Part shown: positions 20,086 through 30,425 of the stretch, in pieces
Numbering within the stretch: position 1 is the first letter of the stretch
Layout of the letters: each line of letters starts with the position of its first letter
Source: a virus
Virus record (IMG/VR): IMGVR_UViG_3300044619_001118
Span: 10,284 to 74,283 of that record
Length of the DNA stretch: 64,000 bases
Reading direction: 5' to 3' (one strand)
Made by a program: the position numbers and the translations under genes
Notes under the pieces: generated by a model
Told to the model about the DNA's origin: nothing
The model's database searches: none
What the model saw: only the letters and a program-made list of their open reading frames with translations

Positions 20086-20693
20086 ATAAAAGAGACGATT
20101 TAAAATATGACTATGATTGGTTTAGTAAGAATTTAGCAGAAATTCTTTTTTCGGTAAAACCAACAATAAAAGAAATTAAAAATCCAAAAATACTTGAAAT
20201 CGGTGGATTTGAAGGACGGTCTACTAGATGGTTTATCGAAAACTTTCTAAACGATGGCGGAGAATTGCATTGTATTGATACATGGGAAGGTAGTTTGGAA
20301 CACGATGAAATGGACATGGATTTCTCCAGTATCTACGATGTGTTTTCTCACAACCTTCGAGAATATATTGATGACGGAACTTGTATAGTTCATCGTGGTA
20401 TGTCAAAAGATATTTTACCAAAACTTTTATCAGAAGGACATCAATTTGATTTTATCTATGTTGACGGAAGTCACCTTGCATCGGATGTTATTATTGATGG
20501 AGTTCTTTCTTATCTATTATTAAAAACGGGTGGTATTCTTGCTTTTGACGATTATATGTATGGGTACACGGATAAAAGACCGTATGATATACCACACCAT
20601 GCAATAAACTTCTTTGATTCTGCATTTAGAGACAGAGGAAGAATTGAACTTCTCGGTTTAAATTTAATGGCAACTTATAAAAAGTTAGAATAA
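20082..20693 (+). CDS. Class I SAM methyltransferase (Methyltransf_24-like)
   Basis: ILEIGGFEGRST, CIDTWEGS, FDFIYVDGSH, LLKTGGILAFDDY. Confidence 0.85.
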   Translation: MNKRDDLKYDYDWFSKNLAEILFSVKPTIKEIKNPKILEIGGFEGRSTRWFIENFLNDGGELHCIDTWEGSLEHDEMDMDFSSIYDVFSHNLREYIDDGTCIVHRGMSKDILPKLLSEGHQFDFIYVDGSHLASDVIIDGVLSYLLLKTGGILAFDDYMYGYTDKRPYDIPHHAINFFDSAFRDRGRIELLGLNLMATYKKLE

Positions 20694-20737
20694 CATCATA
20701 CCATCATATTTATATTTATTAGTAGAATGGAGTAAAT

Positions 20738-21187
20738 ATGAGATACGTGTATGTCCAAGACGAACAAGTAATAGAAGGGCCGGTAATGTTACCAATAAAT
20801 TGGAATAACATTTCCAATTTTAATGTATTAGATAACATTACTCTTAAATCATATGGGTGGTATCCACACAGATTTTTAGAGATACCATTGAACGATGATG
20901 AAGTGTATGATGGTAGTTATTATGTTATAGAAGAAAATGAAGTCGTTGAGTATCAAAGAAAACGCCAAAAGACACAGGAAGAAATCCAAAGTGAAATTAA
21001 TGGTAGATGGGATAACATTAGGTCACGGAGAAATATATTACTCGGAGAATCTGATTGGACACAACTTGCAGATGTTTCATTGTCAGATGAAAAAAAAGAA
21101 GAATGGAAATTGTATCGCCAATCACTAAGAGACATAACAAATTTCGATAGTCCAGACCACGTAATATGGCCAAATAAGCCGGAGTAA
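20738..21187 (+). CDS. Tail fibre assembly chaperone
   Basis: W..IRS.RN.LL.ESDWTQL.D...W..YRQ.LRDI....V.WP.KP. Preceded by a double late motif at 20706-20720. Confidence 0.8.
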   Translation: MRYVYVQDEQVIEGPVMLPINWNNISNFNVLDNITLKSYGWYPHRFLEIPLNDDEVYDGSYYVIEENEVVEYQRKRQKTQEEIQSEINGRWDNIRSRRNILLGESDWTQLADVSLSDEKKEEWKLYRQSLRDITNFDSPDHVIWPNKPE

Positions 21188-21190
21188 TGA

Positions 21191-23455
21191 ATGCAAAAAC
21201 TTGTTGAAGAAATAGTAAACGAACTTAAACTGCAACTTTTTAATGAGGAAGATAAAGGTGATAAAACTATCATTGCAATTTATCCTGGCCGTTTTCAACC
21301 GATGGGTTCCCATCATAAAGCTGCTTATGACTGGTTGGCTAAACAATTCGGTGAAAAGAATACTTACATTGTTACTTCCGATAAAACAGACCCTCAAAGG
21401 TCTCCTTTTTCTTTTGCAGAAAAGAAGAAAATCATAAATAAACACGGTATTAAAAACGTTGTAAAAGTAGTTAGTCCTTATAATCCACAAGAATTACTTC
21501 AAAAATTTGACCCAAAGAAAACGGTTATCGTTTACATGATTGGTGAAAAAGATTCTGGTAGATTATCTGGATATAAACGTCTTATGAAGTATAATAAGAC
21601 AACTGCAATTCCGTATAAAGATATAAGTAATCCATATGCGTACTATGTTTATGCGCCTCATATTTCAATGAATATACCAAGTTTTGGTGAAATGTCAGGC
21701 ACAAATATTCGTAAGGCACTTAGTGATAGAGCTGCAAAATTATCTGAGTTAAAATCGAGATTTAAATCGATTATGGGTTGGTTTGATGCAGACATCTTCA
21801 ATATGGTAATTGGTAAGATGAATACAAATCGTGGTAATTTGGAAGAATCTGTTGGAAACTGGATTACTAACTTACATAATATGTCTGCGGAACAATCAAA
21901 AAAATTCTTGAGTATCCTGAAGAAAGAATACAATGATACAAAAGATTTGATTCCTATCTTCAGAAAATATATGAGAACAAAGTCTCTTACTCAAAAAGAA
22001 CGTGAGACAATAGTTACTCAATTAAGAGATATTGCAAAAATTATGGGACTTGGTGCGATTGCAATTGCACCGATACCCGGTAGTGAATTTCTGATACCAC
22101 CAATTATTTCTCTCGGTAGAAAGTATGGTGTAAACTTACTACCTGAAAACGAAGAAAAGAAATCGGAATCTCTTCCAATTGTAAAGAGAGAATTTTGGGA
22201 CAAGGTGTTCGAAGAAGTTTTGAACGAAGAAACACTCATTGCAGAAGGTGGAGTTGCAGGTCACATGACTCACCCATTTGAAGATATGGGTCTTACATTT
22301 GGTGATATGAAAGAAATGTTCCGACTTGGATTATCTGGTGAAATAACAACAACAGGTGCACCATCTGAAAAGTTAGATGGACAAAATCTGTTTGTTACGT
22401 TCAAGAAAGGTAAACTATATGCTGCAAGAAATAAGGGTGACATTAAATCCGGTGGTATGGATTACAAATCTATAAAGACAAAATTTGCAGGACGTGGAGA
22501 AATAGAACGAGCCTTCACTTATGCATTCAGAGACTTAGAACAAGCAATCCAAAATCTAACTGAAAAACAACAACAAAAGATTTTCAAAAACGGAACTGCG
22601 TGGATGAATCTTGAAGTTATGTACCCTGAAAGTGCAAACGTTATAAACTATGACGGTGCATACATTGTTTTTCACGGAAGTTCTTTGTATAATAAAGAAG
22701 GTATAAAAGTAGAAGATTATCCAGAGTATGCGAATATTCTTGCTGGTATGATTAAACAAGTAAATGCCGATACACAAAAAACATTCAGTATTTCCAAACC
22801 AAAGAAACTTACGATTGCAAAATCAAAGAATTTCAAACAAAAACTTCAATATTTTACAGACCAACTTACTAAACTTCAAAATGAAATGAATTGCAAAGAT
22901 TCAGATACTCTTGGTATGTGGCATCAACGTTGGTGGGAAAATTATATTAAGACTAACTCAAAGAGATTGAATGTTAAAGTTGATGAAAAAACAATGCAAG
23001 GTCTTGTTAAAAGATGGGCTTTTTATGATAAGTCATTTGTTTTGAATACTGCAAATATTCCAAATGCAGAACTTTTAGGTTGGGCAAAGGAAGTTGATAA
23101 AACAAAACTTCAAGAACAACAAAAGAAAAACATCAAACCATTCGAACTTCTTGTTTTGAAATTTGGTGCTGAAGTTCTTAAAAATGTTAGTGATGTAATG
23201 GCACTAAACCCAGAAAAAACAACACAAAAGATACGGAAGGACGTTGAAGACGCAATCCAAACACTTTCAAATTCAACAGACGTGAATGATTTGAAAGTTT
23301 TGAAAACACAACTTTCTCGTATTAAAGCTGCTGGTGGAATGAATTCAATCGTCCCACTCGAAGGTATCGTATTTAACTTTAATGGTAAGTCATATAAGTT
23401 AACAGGTGCATTTGCACCAGTAAATCAATTACTTGGTTATTTTAAATTTGGTTGA
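21191..23455 (+). CDS. Fusion of a cytidylyltransferase-like (HIGH) nucleotidyltransferase, a helical insert and a ligase-like KxDG nucleotidyltransferase domain
   Basis: IYPGRFQPMGSHH...SPFSF.EK...MSGTNIR, then GGVAGHMTHPFED, EKLDGQN, ARNKG, LEGIVF...YKLTGAFAPVNQLLG. Confidence 0.7.
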   Translation: MQKLVEEIVNELKLQLFNEEDKGDKTIIAIYPGRFQPMGSHHKAAYDWLAKQFGEKNTYIVTSDKTDPQRSPFSFAEKKKIINKHGIKNVVKVVSPYNPQELLQKFDPKKTVIVYMIGEKDSGRLSGYKRLMKYNKTTAIPYKDISNPYAYYVYAPHISMNIPSFGEMSGTNIRKALSDRAAKLSELKSRFKSIMGWFDADIFNMVIGKMNTNRGNLEESVGNWITNLHNMSAEQSKKFLSILKKEYNDTKDLIPIFRKYMRTKSLTQKERETIVTQLRDIAKIMGLGAIAIAPIPGSEFLIPPIISLGRKYGVNLLPENEEKKSESLPIVKREFWDKVFEEVLNEETLIAEGGVAGHMTHPFEDMGLTFGDMKEMFRLGLSGEITTTGAPSEKLDGQNLFVTFKKGKLYAARNKGDIKSGGMDYKSIKTKFAGRGEIERAFTYAFRDLEQAIQNLTEKQQQKIFKNGTAWMNLEVMYPESANVINYDGAYIVFHGSSLYNKEGIKVEDYPEYANILAGMIKQVNADTQKTFSISKPKKLTIAKSKNFKQKLQYFTDQLTKLQNEMNCKDSDTLGMWHQRWWENYIKTNSKRLNVKVDEKTMQGLVKRWAFYDKSFVLNTANIPNAELLGWAKEVDKTKLQEQQKKNIKPFELLVLKFGAEVLKNVSDVMALNPEKTTQKIRKDVEDAIQTLSNSTDVNDLKVLKTQLSRIKAAGGMNSIVPLEGIVFNFNGKSYKLTGAFAPVNQLLGYFKFG

Positions 23456-23494
23456 TATTTATAGAATATAGTTTCATTCTAATTTTGGTGGTAT

Positions 23495-24109
23495 ATGGCG
23501 GACATAAAAATTGACAACATACAAGACGTTAAAAAACTTTTACGAGGAGAACATCAATCTCAAAATACCATACAGGTTGGTTACAAACCAACTGAAGAAC
23601 CGAAGGTTACAAGAGAAATCGGTGATAGATGGTTTGATTCAGATGGTAATGAATGGGAACAAAAGAATGGGTATATTGCAAAACTTGGTAAAGAATGGCA
23701 ACAAGATTTGCACAAGTATCTCAATGAGTTTCCAAATTGTCCAAAAGAAAGTTGTACCTGTGGTGTCCCTAAAAGATTAGATGATAAGATGAAGAAAATA
23801 CACGGTATGTGTTTTGATTGTGTGGTTGACATGGAACATCAAATTAGATTAGATGGTAAATGGGAAGAATACGAACGTGAAAAGGTAAAATTAAACGCAC
23901 TTGCTTGGCTACAAGAAGCAGAGAAGGATAAAAATTTAATAGCAGAGGAACTTTCAAAAGTAGAATTTGCAAATAGTTTCGGTGATGCCGAGAAATGGGA
24001 TACTGGCACCACAAAGGAACAAATTCTTCAAAAGATAGAAGATGAGTTTCAAAAGTTTCGTGAAGATTTTATTCAGAAATTGGAGAACCCGGATGATGGA
24101 ACAACTTAA
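23495..24109 (+). CDS. Hypothetical protein with Cys cluster (probable Zn finger)
   Basis: CPKESCTC...GMCFDC. Late motif at 23455-23463. Confidence 0.65.
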   Translation: MADIKIDNIQDVKKLLRGEHQSQNTIQVGYKPTEEPKVTREIGDRWFDSDGNEWEQKNGYIAKLGKEWQQDLHKYLNEFPNCPKESCTCGVPKRLDDKMKKIHGMCFDCVVDMEHQIRLDGKWEEYEREKVKLNALAWLQEAEKDKNLIAEELSKVEFANSFGDAEKWDTGTTKEQILQKIEDEFQKFREDFIQKLENPDDGTT

Positions 24110-24326
24110 AGCTGGATTATCGTCAATGATTTCAGACGTTGATGGTTCAGTATCTTCTAAAAGAGTTGTAACGTTTTTGTGTGTAGCCGCTATGTTGATA
24201 ACATGGTGTGCAAATCTTTTTTGGGGATTTCAAATCACAGAGTTTATCTTTGAAGGTTTGATGTATATCATCATCGTTGGTCTTGGTGTTGCAACGGCTG
24301 AGAAGTTCACACGAAAAGGGCAATAA
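24093..24326 (+). CDS. Small two-TM membrane protein, holin-like
   Basis: SSKRVVTFL followed by two hydrophobic helices and a basic tail. GGAG at 24082 supports an ATG at 24093/24096 rather than 24042. Confidence 0.55.
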   Translation: MMEQLKAGLSSMISDVDGSVSSKRVVTFLCVAAMLITWCANLFWGFQITEFIFEGLMYIIIVGLGVATAEKFTRKGQ

Positions 24327-24328
24327 GT

Positions 24329-24904
24329 ATGGCAAAAGAGATTGTTATAGAACGCAATGTGCCTACTAACAAGAAATTGTATAGTAGTGTAAAGTCACGT
24401 ATTAAGAAGAAATTTAAAGTATGGCCGAGTGCGTATGCCTCGGCCGCACTTGTTAAAGCATACAAAGCCGCCGGTGGTGGTTATCGTAAAGTAAAAGAAA
24501 CAATTCAAAACCCAGAGTATCGTTTGGAATCATATAAAACAAACGAATGTGGTAAAATCGTAGAATTAAATTTTGCAATTCAAGAAGGTAAAGATTTTCT
24601 TGGTGAAGCTGAATATCGTGGACGTAAAGTCTCTCTTGGTAAACCTTTCAGAACACCATCCGGCCCAAAGAAATTTTCTGTATATGTGAAAAACCCAAAG
24701 GGTAATATTGTAAAAGTAAACTTTGGTCATTTGGGTACTGGTGGTAAAAAGACGATGAAGATAAAGAAGTCAGACCCACAACGTCGTAAATCATTCCGTG
24801 CAAGACATAATTGTGATACTCCAGGTCCTCGTCATAAAGCACGTTACTGGAGTTGCCGATTCGGATGGCCTTCATCTGGTAAGGGTTCTATTGATAAGAC
24901 ATAA
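24329..24904 (+). CDS. Basic two-domain hypothetical protein (probable internal head protein)
   Basis: KFKVWPSAYAS..LVK.YK..GG domain plus a KKFSVYV...VNFG...RRKSFRARHNC...ARYWSC domain. Confidence 0.7.
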   Translation: MAKEIVIERNVPTNKKLYSSVKSRIKKKFKVWPSAYASAALVKAYKAAGGGYRKVKETIQNPEYRLESYKTNECGKIVELNFAIQEGKDFLGEAEYRGRKVSLGKPFRTPSGPKKFSVYVKNPKGNIVKVNFGHLGTGGKKTMKIKKSDPQRRKSFRARHNCDTPGPRHKARYWSCRFGWPSSGKGSIDKT

Positions 24905-24907
24905 GTT

Positions 24908-25759
24908 ATGAATGCTGCAACATTCAATCTTCTCTTAACACCTTACTTTGAATCTCACTTACCACAAAGTAGGTCAGATGCCGCCGATGCAATTGCAACT
25001 GCATACCATCTATCGAACATAGGTCAAACAACAACAATGTTTGGTGCACCTCTGATAAATGCAGATAAGACGGTATTAAAAACTTTTATCGAATTATCAC
25101 TTGATATAAATTTCTACGGGTCACAAACAAAAGCAATATTAAGTTCAATTATAGCCAGTATAACATCTACGATAAAAGAATTACAAGCTGGTTCTAAAAC
25201 GGCTCTAAGAGACGCACAACAATTCATATCGGTTCAAATAAATTCATTAGTTTCCTCATTACCTGCACCACTTGCATTTTTAGGTGGGATTATATCTGGA
25301 CTGATTGACTCTATAATAGGTCAACTCGTTTCTCAATTAAACGCCGGTATAGATAAAATATCAGAGGAAATCTATAACAAGTTAAGAAAACTACAAGGTA
25401 TAATTGATTCTTTGGATGTTTCTGGTATTGCATACACAGTAATGGCATCTGGATTTTCTTTGTATTGGTTGACTGCGGTTATGTCTCCTATGCCACCTAT
25501 GCCGCCTTGTATTGCACCAACTGGCGGTACTACCATACTTTTTCCAGGTTCACCAATACCCTTGAATAAAGATTTAAAAGAAACATTCAAATCTGCACAA
25601 TCAACTCCCGAAGCAATTGTAAAATTGTATAATTCTTTGATTGGTCATCAATTAACAGTGGCAGGAATATACACAGGAATAATACCTTTATTTCCATCAC
25701 CTGTTCCGGGACCACCTATTCCGTGGTTTGGTTTATTGAATATACCTTTACCAAATTAA
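24908..25759 (+). CDS. Hypothetical protein
   Basis: 283-aa ORF in operon context, Pro-rich C-terminus. Confidence 0.6.
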   Translation: MNAATFNLLLTPYFESHLPQSRSDAADAIATAYHLSNIGQTTTMFGAPLINADKTVLKTFIELSLDINFYGSQTKAILSSIIASITSTIKELQAGSKTALRDAQQFISVQINSLVSSLPAPLAFLGGIISGLIDSIIGQLVSQLNAGIDKISEEIYNKLRKLQGIIDSLDVSGIAYTVMASGFSLYWLTAVMSPMPPMPPCIAPTGGTTILFPGSPIPLNKDLKETFKSAQSTPEAIVKLYNSLIGHQLTVAGIYTGIIPLFPSPVPGPPIPWFGLLNIPLPN

Positions 25760-25784
25760 AAATAAATTGTGTATATTTATTCTT

Positions 25785-26129
25785 ATGACACAGTGTCAAG
25801 AACATATCGCAAAATTAGTTATCCGTGAATACGTGAAGGAATATCTCATGGAAGGAAAGAAACCTTCTGGTGGATTAACCAAATGGTTCAGGGAAAAATG
25901 GGTGGATATTTCTCGAAAAACAAAATCGGGTGGTCATCCTCCATGTGGTGCATCCGCTGGTTCAAAGCAGAGAAAAGGTGGTAAGAGAGCTTATCCAAAA
26001 TGTGTTCCTGTTAGTAAAGCATCTGGTATGTCATCCAAACAGAAGAAAAGTGCGGTATCACGTAAACGTAAACATGGTTCAACTGGACGTGGTAAAGCAA
26101 AATTTGTATCAACGAATCCGAGTAAGTAA
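25785..26129 (+). CDS. Basic hypothetical protein (GGL.KWF.EKWVD...YPKCVP type)
   Basis: ATG at 25785 lies just after the late motif at 25773-25781. Confidence 0.65.
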   Translation: MTQCQEHIAKLVIREYVKEYLMEGKKPSGGLTKWFREKWVDISRKTKSGGHPPCGASAGSKQRKGGKRAYPKCVPVSKASGMSSKQKKSAVSRKRKHGSTGRGKAKFVSTNPSK

Positions 26130-26450
26130 ATGATAAAGAACATTATTATGAACATTCTAATACCAATAATCGCCATCGGTGGTGTTGGTATGGCTATTTA
26201 TTCTTCTATGATGCAAGATGAACGAGTAACGGAGAATATGAGAATTGCCGATTCACTTCGTGCAGAAGTAGACAAATATCATCAAAAGTATGACAGTATT
26301 CTTGTTGTTGCACAATTATTAGATTCTGCCGTTACCCATCAAGAAGAAACGGTAAAGATAGTAAAACAAACATTTGTAAAATACAAAACACCACCAATCA
26401 ATCATTCAGATTCGGCGGTAAAATTTTTAGAAGAATTCATCGAGGAGTGA
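26130..26450 (+). CDS. N-anchored membrane coiled-coil protein, possible i-spanin-like
   Basis: N-terminal TM helix followed by a helical domain. Confidence 0.4.
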   Translation: MIKNIIMNILIPIIAIGGVGMAIYSSMMQDERVTENMRIADSLRAEVDKYHQKYDSILVVAQLLDSAVTHQEETVKIVKQTFVKYKTPPINHSDSAVKFLEEFIEE

Positions 26451-26451
26451 T

Positions 26452-26829
26452 ATGAAATGGACATTACCAATTTTATTTCTGCTTGCGGTTATTACATCAA
26501 ATGGGCAATCACAAGATTCAGTAGTTTGTTTGCCAAAAAGTAACATACTTACTCTTGCTAACAAAATCCAATTATTAAAAGACACTATCCGTTGGCAAAA
26601 AGATATAATCATTGCACAAGATACTCTTGTTAGTACACAAAAACAACGAGCACTTGTTTACGAAAGTCAATTAGAAAACCGTCAGACTGTAATCAATTTG
26701 ATGGAACAGGAAAATAAGAAACTCCGTGAGACTATTGATATTATGATGCCAAAGTGGTATGATAATAAATGGTTGTGGCTAGGTGGTGGTGCAACGGTTG
26801 CAACAATCATTTTGGGCGTGATATTGTAA
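26452..26829 (+). CDS. Signal-peptide coiled-coil protein with C-terminal TM, possible spanin-like
   Basis: MKWTLPILFLLAV signal, coiled coil, then KWYDNKWLWLGGGATVATIILGVIL. Confidence 0.45.
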   Translation: MKWTLPILFLLAVITSNGQSQDSVVCLPKSNILTLANKIQLLKDTIRWQKDIIIAQDTLVSTQKQRALVYESQLENRQTVINLMEQENKKLRETIDIMMPKWYDNKWLWLGGGATVATIILGVIL

Positions 26830-28427
26830 TGATTCAACAAAACAAAACGTTACGTGATATAATCAAAGAAGAGTATGTAAAATGTGCCGCTAATCCGGTA
26901 TATTTTATGAAAAAATACGCCAAGATTCAACACCCTGTACGTGGTAAAATTCTATTTGAACTGTGGGACTTTCAGGAGGATGTTCTTCGTGATTTTCAAA
27001 ACCACAGATATAACATCTGTTTGAAATCCCGTCAGTTGGGTATCTCAACTCTTATAGCTGGTTATTCTCTTTGGTTGATGTTATTTCAAACTGACCAAAA
27101 TATTCTCGTTATTGCCACGAAACAAGAGACTGCTAAGAACCTTGTAACAAAGGTTCGAGTCATGTATGATAATCTTCCATCTTGGTTGAAGACCTCTGTA
27201 ATCGAAGACAACAAATTGTCACTTCGTTTCAAGAATGGTTCGCAAATAAAGGCTGTATCTGCCGCCGCTGATGCAGCTCGTTCTGAAGCTCTATCTCTTC
27301 TTATTATTGACGAGGGAGCGTTCATTGATAACATCGAGGAAATTTGGGCCTCTGCACAGTCTACAATCAACACTGGCGGTTCTGCAATTATCAACTCGAC
27401 TCCTAACGGGGTTGGTAATTTTTATCACAAACAGTGGGTTAATGCAAAGACTGGTAGAAGTGCATTTAATCCAATCTTCCTACACTGGACTGTTCACCCT
27501 GAACGTGACCAAGCTTGGAGAGACCAACAAGACATCATTCTTGGCCCAGCACTTGCTGCCCAAGAGTGTGATGGTGACTTCCTTTCATCGGGTAACTCTG
27601 TTGTTGACGGTAATATCATCGACTGGTATCAGAAAACGTATATAACAGAACCAAAAGAAAGAAGAGGTGCAGAAGACGCACTTTGGATATGGGATTATCC
27701 TGACCCAAATAAATCTTACATGATTTCTGCGGACGTTGCTCGTGGTGATGGAAAAGACTATTCTGCCTTTCATATCATTGACATTGAAAACGTAGAGCAA
27801 GTTGCGGAGTATCAAGGTAAGTTAGACACCAAATCATTTGGCAATCTTCTTGTATCTCTTGCAACTGAATACAATGATGCCTTACTTGTAGTTGAAAATG
27901 CTAATATTGGTTGGGCAGTAATCCAACAAATAATTGACCGTGGTTATCCAAATCTTTACTACACGTATAAAGAAGATGGTTATACCGACCCATCGGTTCA
28001 CATACCGAAGGGATATGACCTCAAGGATAAATCACAGATGGTTCCTGGATTTACAAACAGTTCAAAGACAAGACCACTTATCGTTTCGAAGTATGAGATG
28101 TATTTCAGAGAAAGAGTGCCAATTATTAAGTCGAATCGTCTTGCAGAAGAAATGTTCGTGTTTATTTGGAACGGTGGTAGAGCAGAAGCCCAAACGGGAT
28201 ATAATGATGACTTAGTAATGTCATTCGCTATCGGAATGTGGGTCAGAGATACTGCTTTGAAACTTCGTCAAGAGGGTTTGATGAAAACAAAATTGAGTTT
28301 GGAATATATGAAAAAGTCAACACAGGTTTATAATCCGGCTATGAGAAACGATATGAAGAAAGATTCTGGCTGGGCAATGGATGTTGGTGATAATAAACCA
28401 AGTGAAGATTTGACGTGGTTAATGTAA
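26829..28427 (+). CDS. terL: Terminase large subunit (T4 gp17-like)
   Basis: LKSRQLGIST (Walker A), LLIIDEGAF (Walker B), NSTPNG coupling motif, ADVARGDGKDYS and DDLVMS nuclease motifs. Start taken at the coupled TAATG. Confidence 0.95.
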   Translation: MIQQNKTLRDIIKEEYVKCAANPVYFMKKYAKIQHPVRGKILFELWDFQEDVLRDFQNHRYNICLKSRQLGISTLIAGYSLWLMLFQTDQNILVIATKQETAKNLVTKVRVMYDNLPSWLKTSVIEDNKLSLRFKNGSQIKAVSAAADAARSEALSLLIIDEGAFIDNIEEIWASAQSTINTGGSAIINSTPNGVGNFYHKQWVNAKTGRSAFNPIFLHWTVHPERDQAWRDQQDIILGPALAAQECDGDFLSSGNSVVDGNIIDWYQKTYITEPKERRGAEDALWIWDYPDPNKSYMISADVARGDGKDYSAFHIIDIENVEQVAEYQGKLDTKSFGNLLVSLATEYNDALLVVENANIGWAVIQQIIDRGYPNLYYTYKEDGYTDPSVHIPKGYDLKDKSQMVPGFTNSSKTRPLIVSKYEMYFRERVPIIKSNRLAEEMFVFIWNGGRAEAQTGYNDDLVMSFAIGMWVRDTALKLRQEGLMKTKLSLEYMKKSTQVYNPAMRNDMKKDSGWAMDVGDNKPSEDLTWLM

Positions 28428-28490
28428 AAGTGTATTAAAAAATACTTCCGTATATTTATATGTATGAATTCATAATTAAACAGGTAACAA

Positions 28491-30377
28491 ATGGCACAAA
28501 AATCATTATTTGACCGACTTAAAACACTTTTCTCAACAAACGTTGTTGTGAGAAACGTCGGTGGTAAGAAATTAAAAGTAATCGATACTGCTCGTTATCA
28601 AGCCGATGGTAATCCACACACATCAAAAGTAATTGATAGATACGGTAGGTTACATGGAACTCGCGGAACTCCTATCTCCGTTTACAATCAGTATAACTCA
28701 TTCTCTGCAACAAAGATTGACCTTTACACAGACTATGAGGCAATGGACACTGATGCCATCATTTGTTCTGCACTTGACATTTATGCAGATGAATCAACAC
28801 TGAAAAATGATACTGGTGATGTTCTTACAATCAAAACGGATAATGATAACATTCGTAAAATTCTTCATAATTTGTTCTATGATGTTTTGAATGTTGAATA
28901 TAATCTATGGCCGTGGATTCGTAATCTTTGTAAGTATGGTGACAATTATCTTTACCTCGATGTAAAAGAAGGTCTTGGTGTTACAAACGTTGTTCCACTT
29001 TCACCGTATGAAATGCAACGTGATGAAGGAACAGACCCCGAACACATCTATATGACCAAGTTTATTTACGAAGGTCCACTTGGTAAAGGTGAATTTCAGA
29101 ATTATGAAATTGCTCACTTCCGTCTTTTGGGTGATACAAACTTCTTACCGTATGGTAAGTCAATGTTGGAAGGTGCTCGTAAACTTTACAAGCAACTTGT
29201 TCTCATGGAAGATGCGATGTTGATTCACCGTATCATGAGAGCTCCTGAAAAGCGTATCTTTAAGATTGATATTGGTAACATCCCACCAGCGGAAGTTGAC
29301 CAGTATATGCAAAACATCATGAATCAAATGAAGAAAACACCTGTGGTAAATGAACAAACAGGACAGTACAATCTTCGTTATAATATGCAAAACATCTTGG
29401 AAGACTTCTATCTTCCTGTTCGTGGTGGTCAAGCTGGAACTGCAATCGAAACACTACCTGGACTTCAATATCAAGCAATCGAAGACGTTGAATATCTGAA
29501 GGGTAAGATATTTGCTGCTCTCAAGGTTCCAAAGGCATATCTTGGATTTGATGAATCTCTTGAGGGTAAGGCAACTCTTGCCACACTTGATATTCGATTT
29601 GCAAGAACAATCGAACGTATTCAACGTATTGTTGTTTCTGAGTTAACAAAGATTGCGATTGTACACCTTTATTCACAGGGTTATGAAAATGCAGACCTTG
29701 TTAATTTTGAAATATCTCTTACCGGCCCATCTATCATTTATGAGCAAGAGAAGATTGCTCTGATGAAAGAAAAGGTAGACCTTGCTGGTTCACTCATCGA
29801 AAAGAAATTACTTTCCATGAACTACATCTATTCAAATATCTTCAATCTATCAGAAGATGAAGCAGAATTTGAAAAGAATCAAATCATCGAAGATATTAAA
29901 CTTCAATTCCGCCAAAAGCAAATTGAAAGCGAAGGTAATGACCCAGCAATCACGAAGGAATCCTTCGGTACTCCACACGACTTGGCTACTATGAATATTT
30001 TTGGTGGTAAAAATGTCAGACAAATAAATGACATTGAAGTACCAGACGGAGGATGGCCGGGTGCAGGCAGACCACCTGAACATCGTTCAACATATGGAAC
30101 AGATGCTAGTTCTTTTGGTAGAGACCCACTTGGTAAAAAAGATATTAGTAAAACTCTTAATGTTAATAGGTCGCCGAAACATAATTATAAAGGTGGGTCA
30201 CCGTTGACAACAGAAGGTCAGGAATTATCAAAAGAATTTTCAAACTTGTTAGACAGTATGTCTGGAATGAAAATGAAAACGAAATCTATTATTTCTGAAA
30301 GTTTGAAGCCATCTGCACAAAATGAAAATAATGAGCCAAATCTTTTAGATGAGTCGAATTTATTGGAAGAAATGTAA
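28491..30377 (+). CDS. gp20: Portal protein (T4 gp20-like)
   Basis: PYGKSMLE.AR, LMEDAMLIHRIMRAPEKRIFKIDIGN, EDFYLPVRG, ALKVPK. Confidence 0.95.
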   Translation: MAQKSLFDRLKTLFSTNVVVRNVGGKKLKVIDTARYQADGNPHTSKVIDRYGRLHGTRGTPISVYNQYNSFSATKIDLYTDYEAMDTDAIICSALDIYADESTLKNDTGDVLTIKTDNDNIRKILHNLFYDVLNVEYNLWPWIRNLCKYGDNYLYLDVKEGLGVTNVVPLSPYEMQRDEGTDPEHIYMTKFIYEGPLGKGEFQNYEIAHFRLLGDTNFLPYGKSMLEGARKLYKQLVLMEDAMLIHRIMRAPEKRIFKIDIGNIPPAEVDQYMQNIMNQMKKTPVVNEQTGQYNLRYNMQNILEDFYLPVRGGQAGTAIETLPGLQYQAIEDVEYLKGKIFAALKVPKAYLGFDESLEGKATLATLDIRFARTIERIQRIVVSELTKIAIVHLYSQGYENADLVNFEISLTGPSIIYEQEKIALMKEKVDLAGSLIEKKLLSMNYIYSNIFNLSEDEAEFEKNQIIEDIKLQFRQKQIESEGNDPAITKESFGTPHDLATMNIFGGKNVRQINDIEVPDGGWPGAGRPPEHRSTYGTDASSFGRDPLGKKDISKTLNVNRSPKHNYKGGSPLTTEGQELSKEFSNLLDSMSGMKMKTKSIISESLKPSAQNENNEPNLLDESNLLEEM

Positions 30378-30425
30378 TTACGGATATATTTATTTAATGA
30401 ACATAATACTCATGGGTAAACATAA

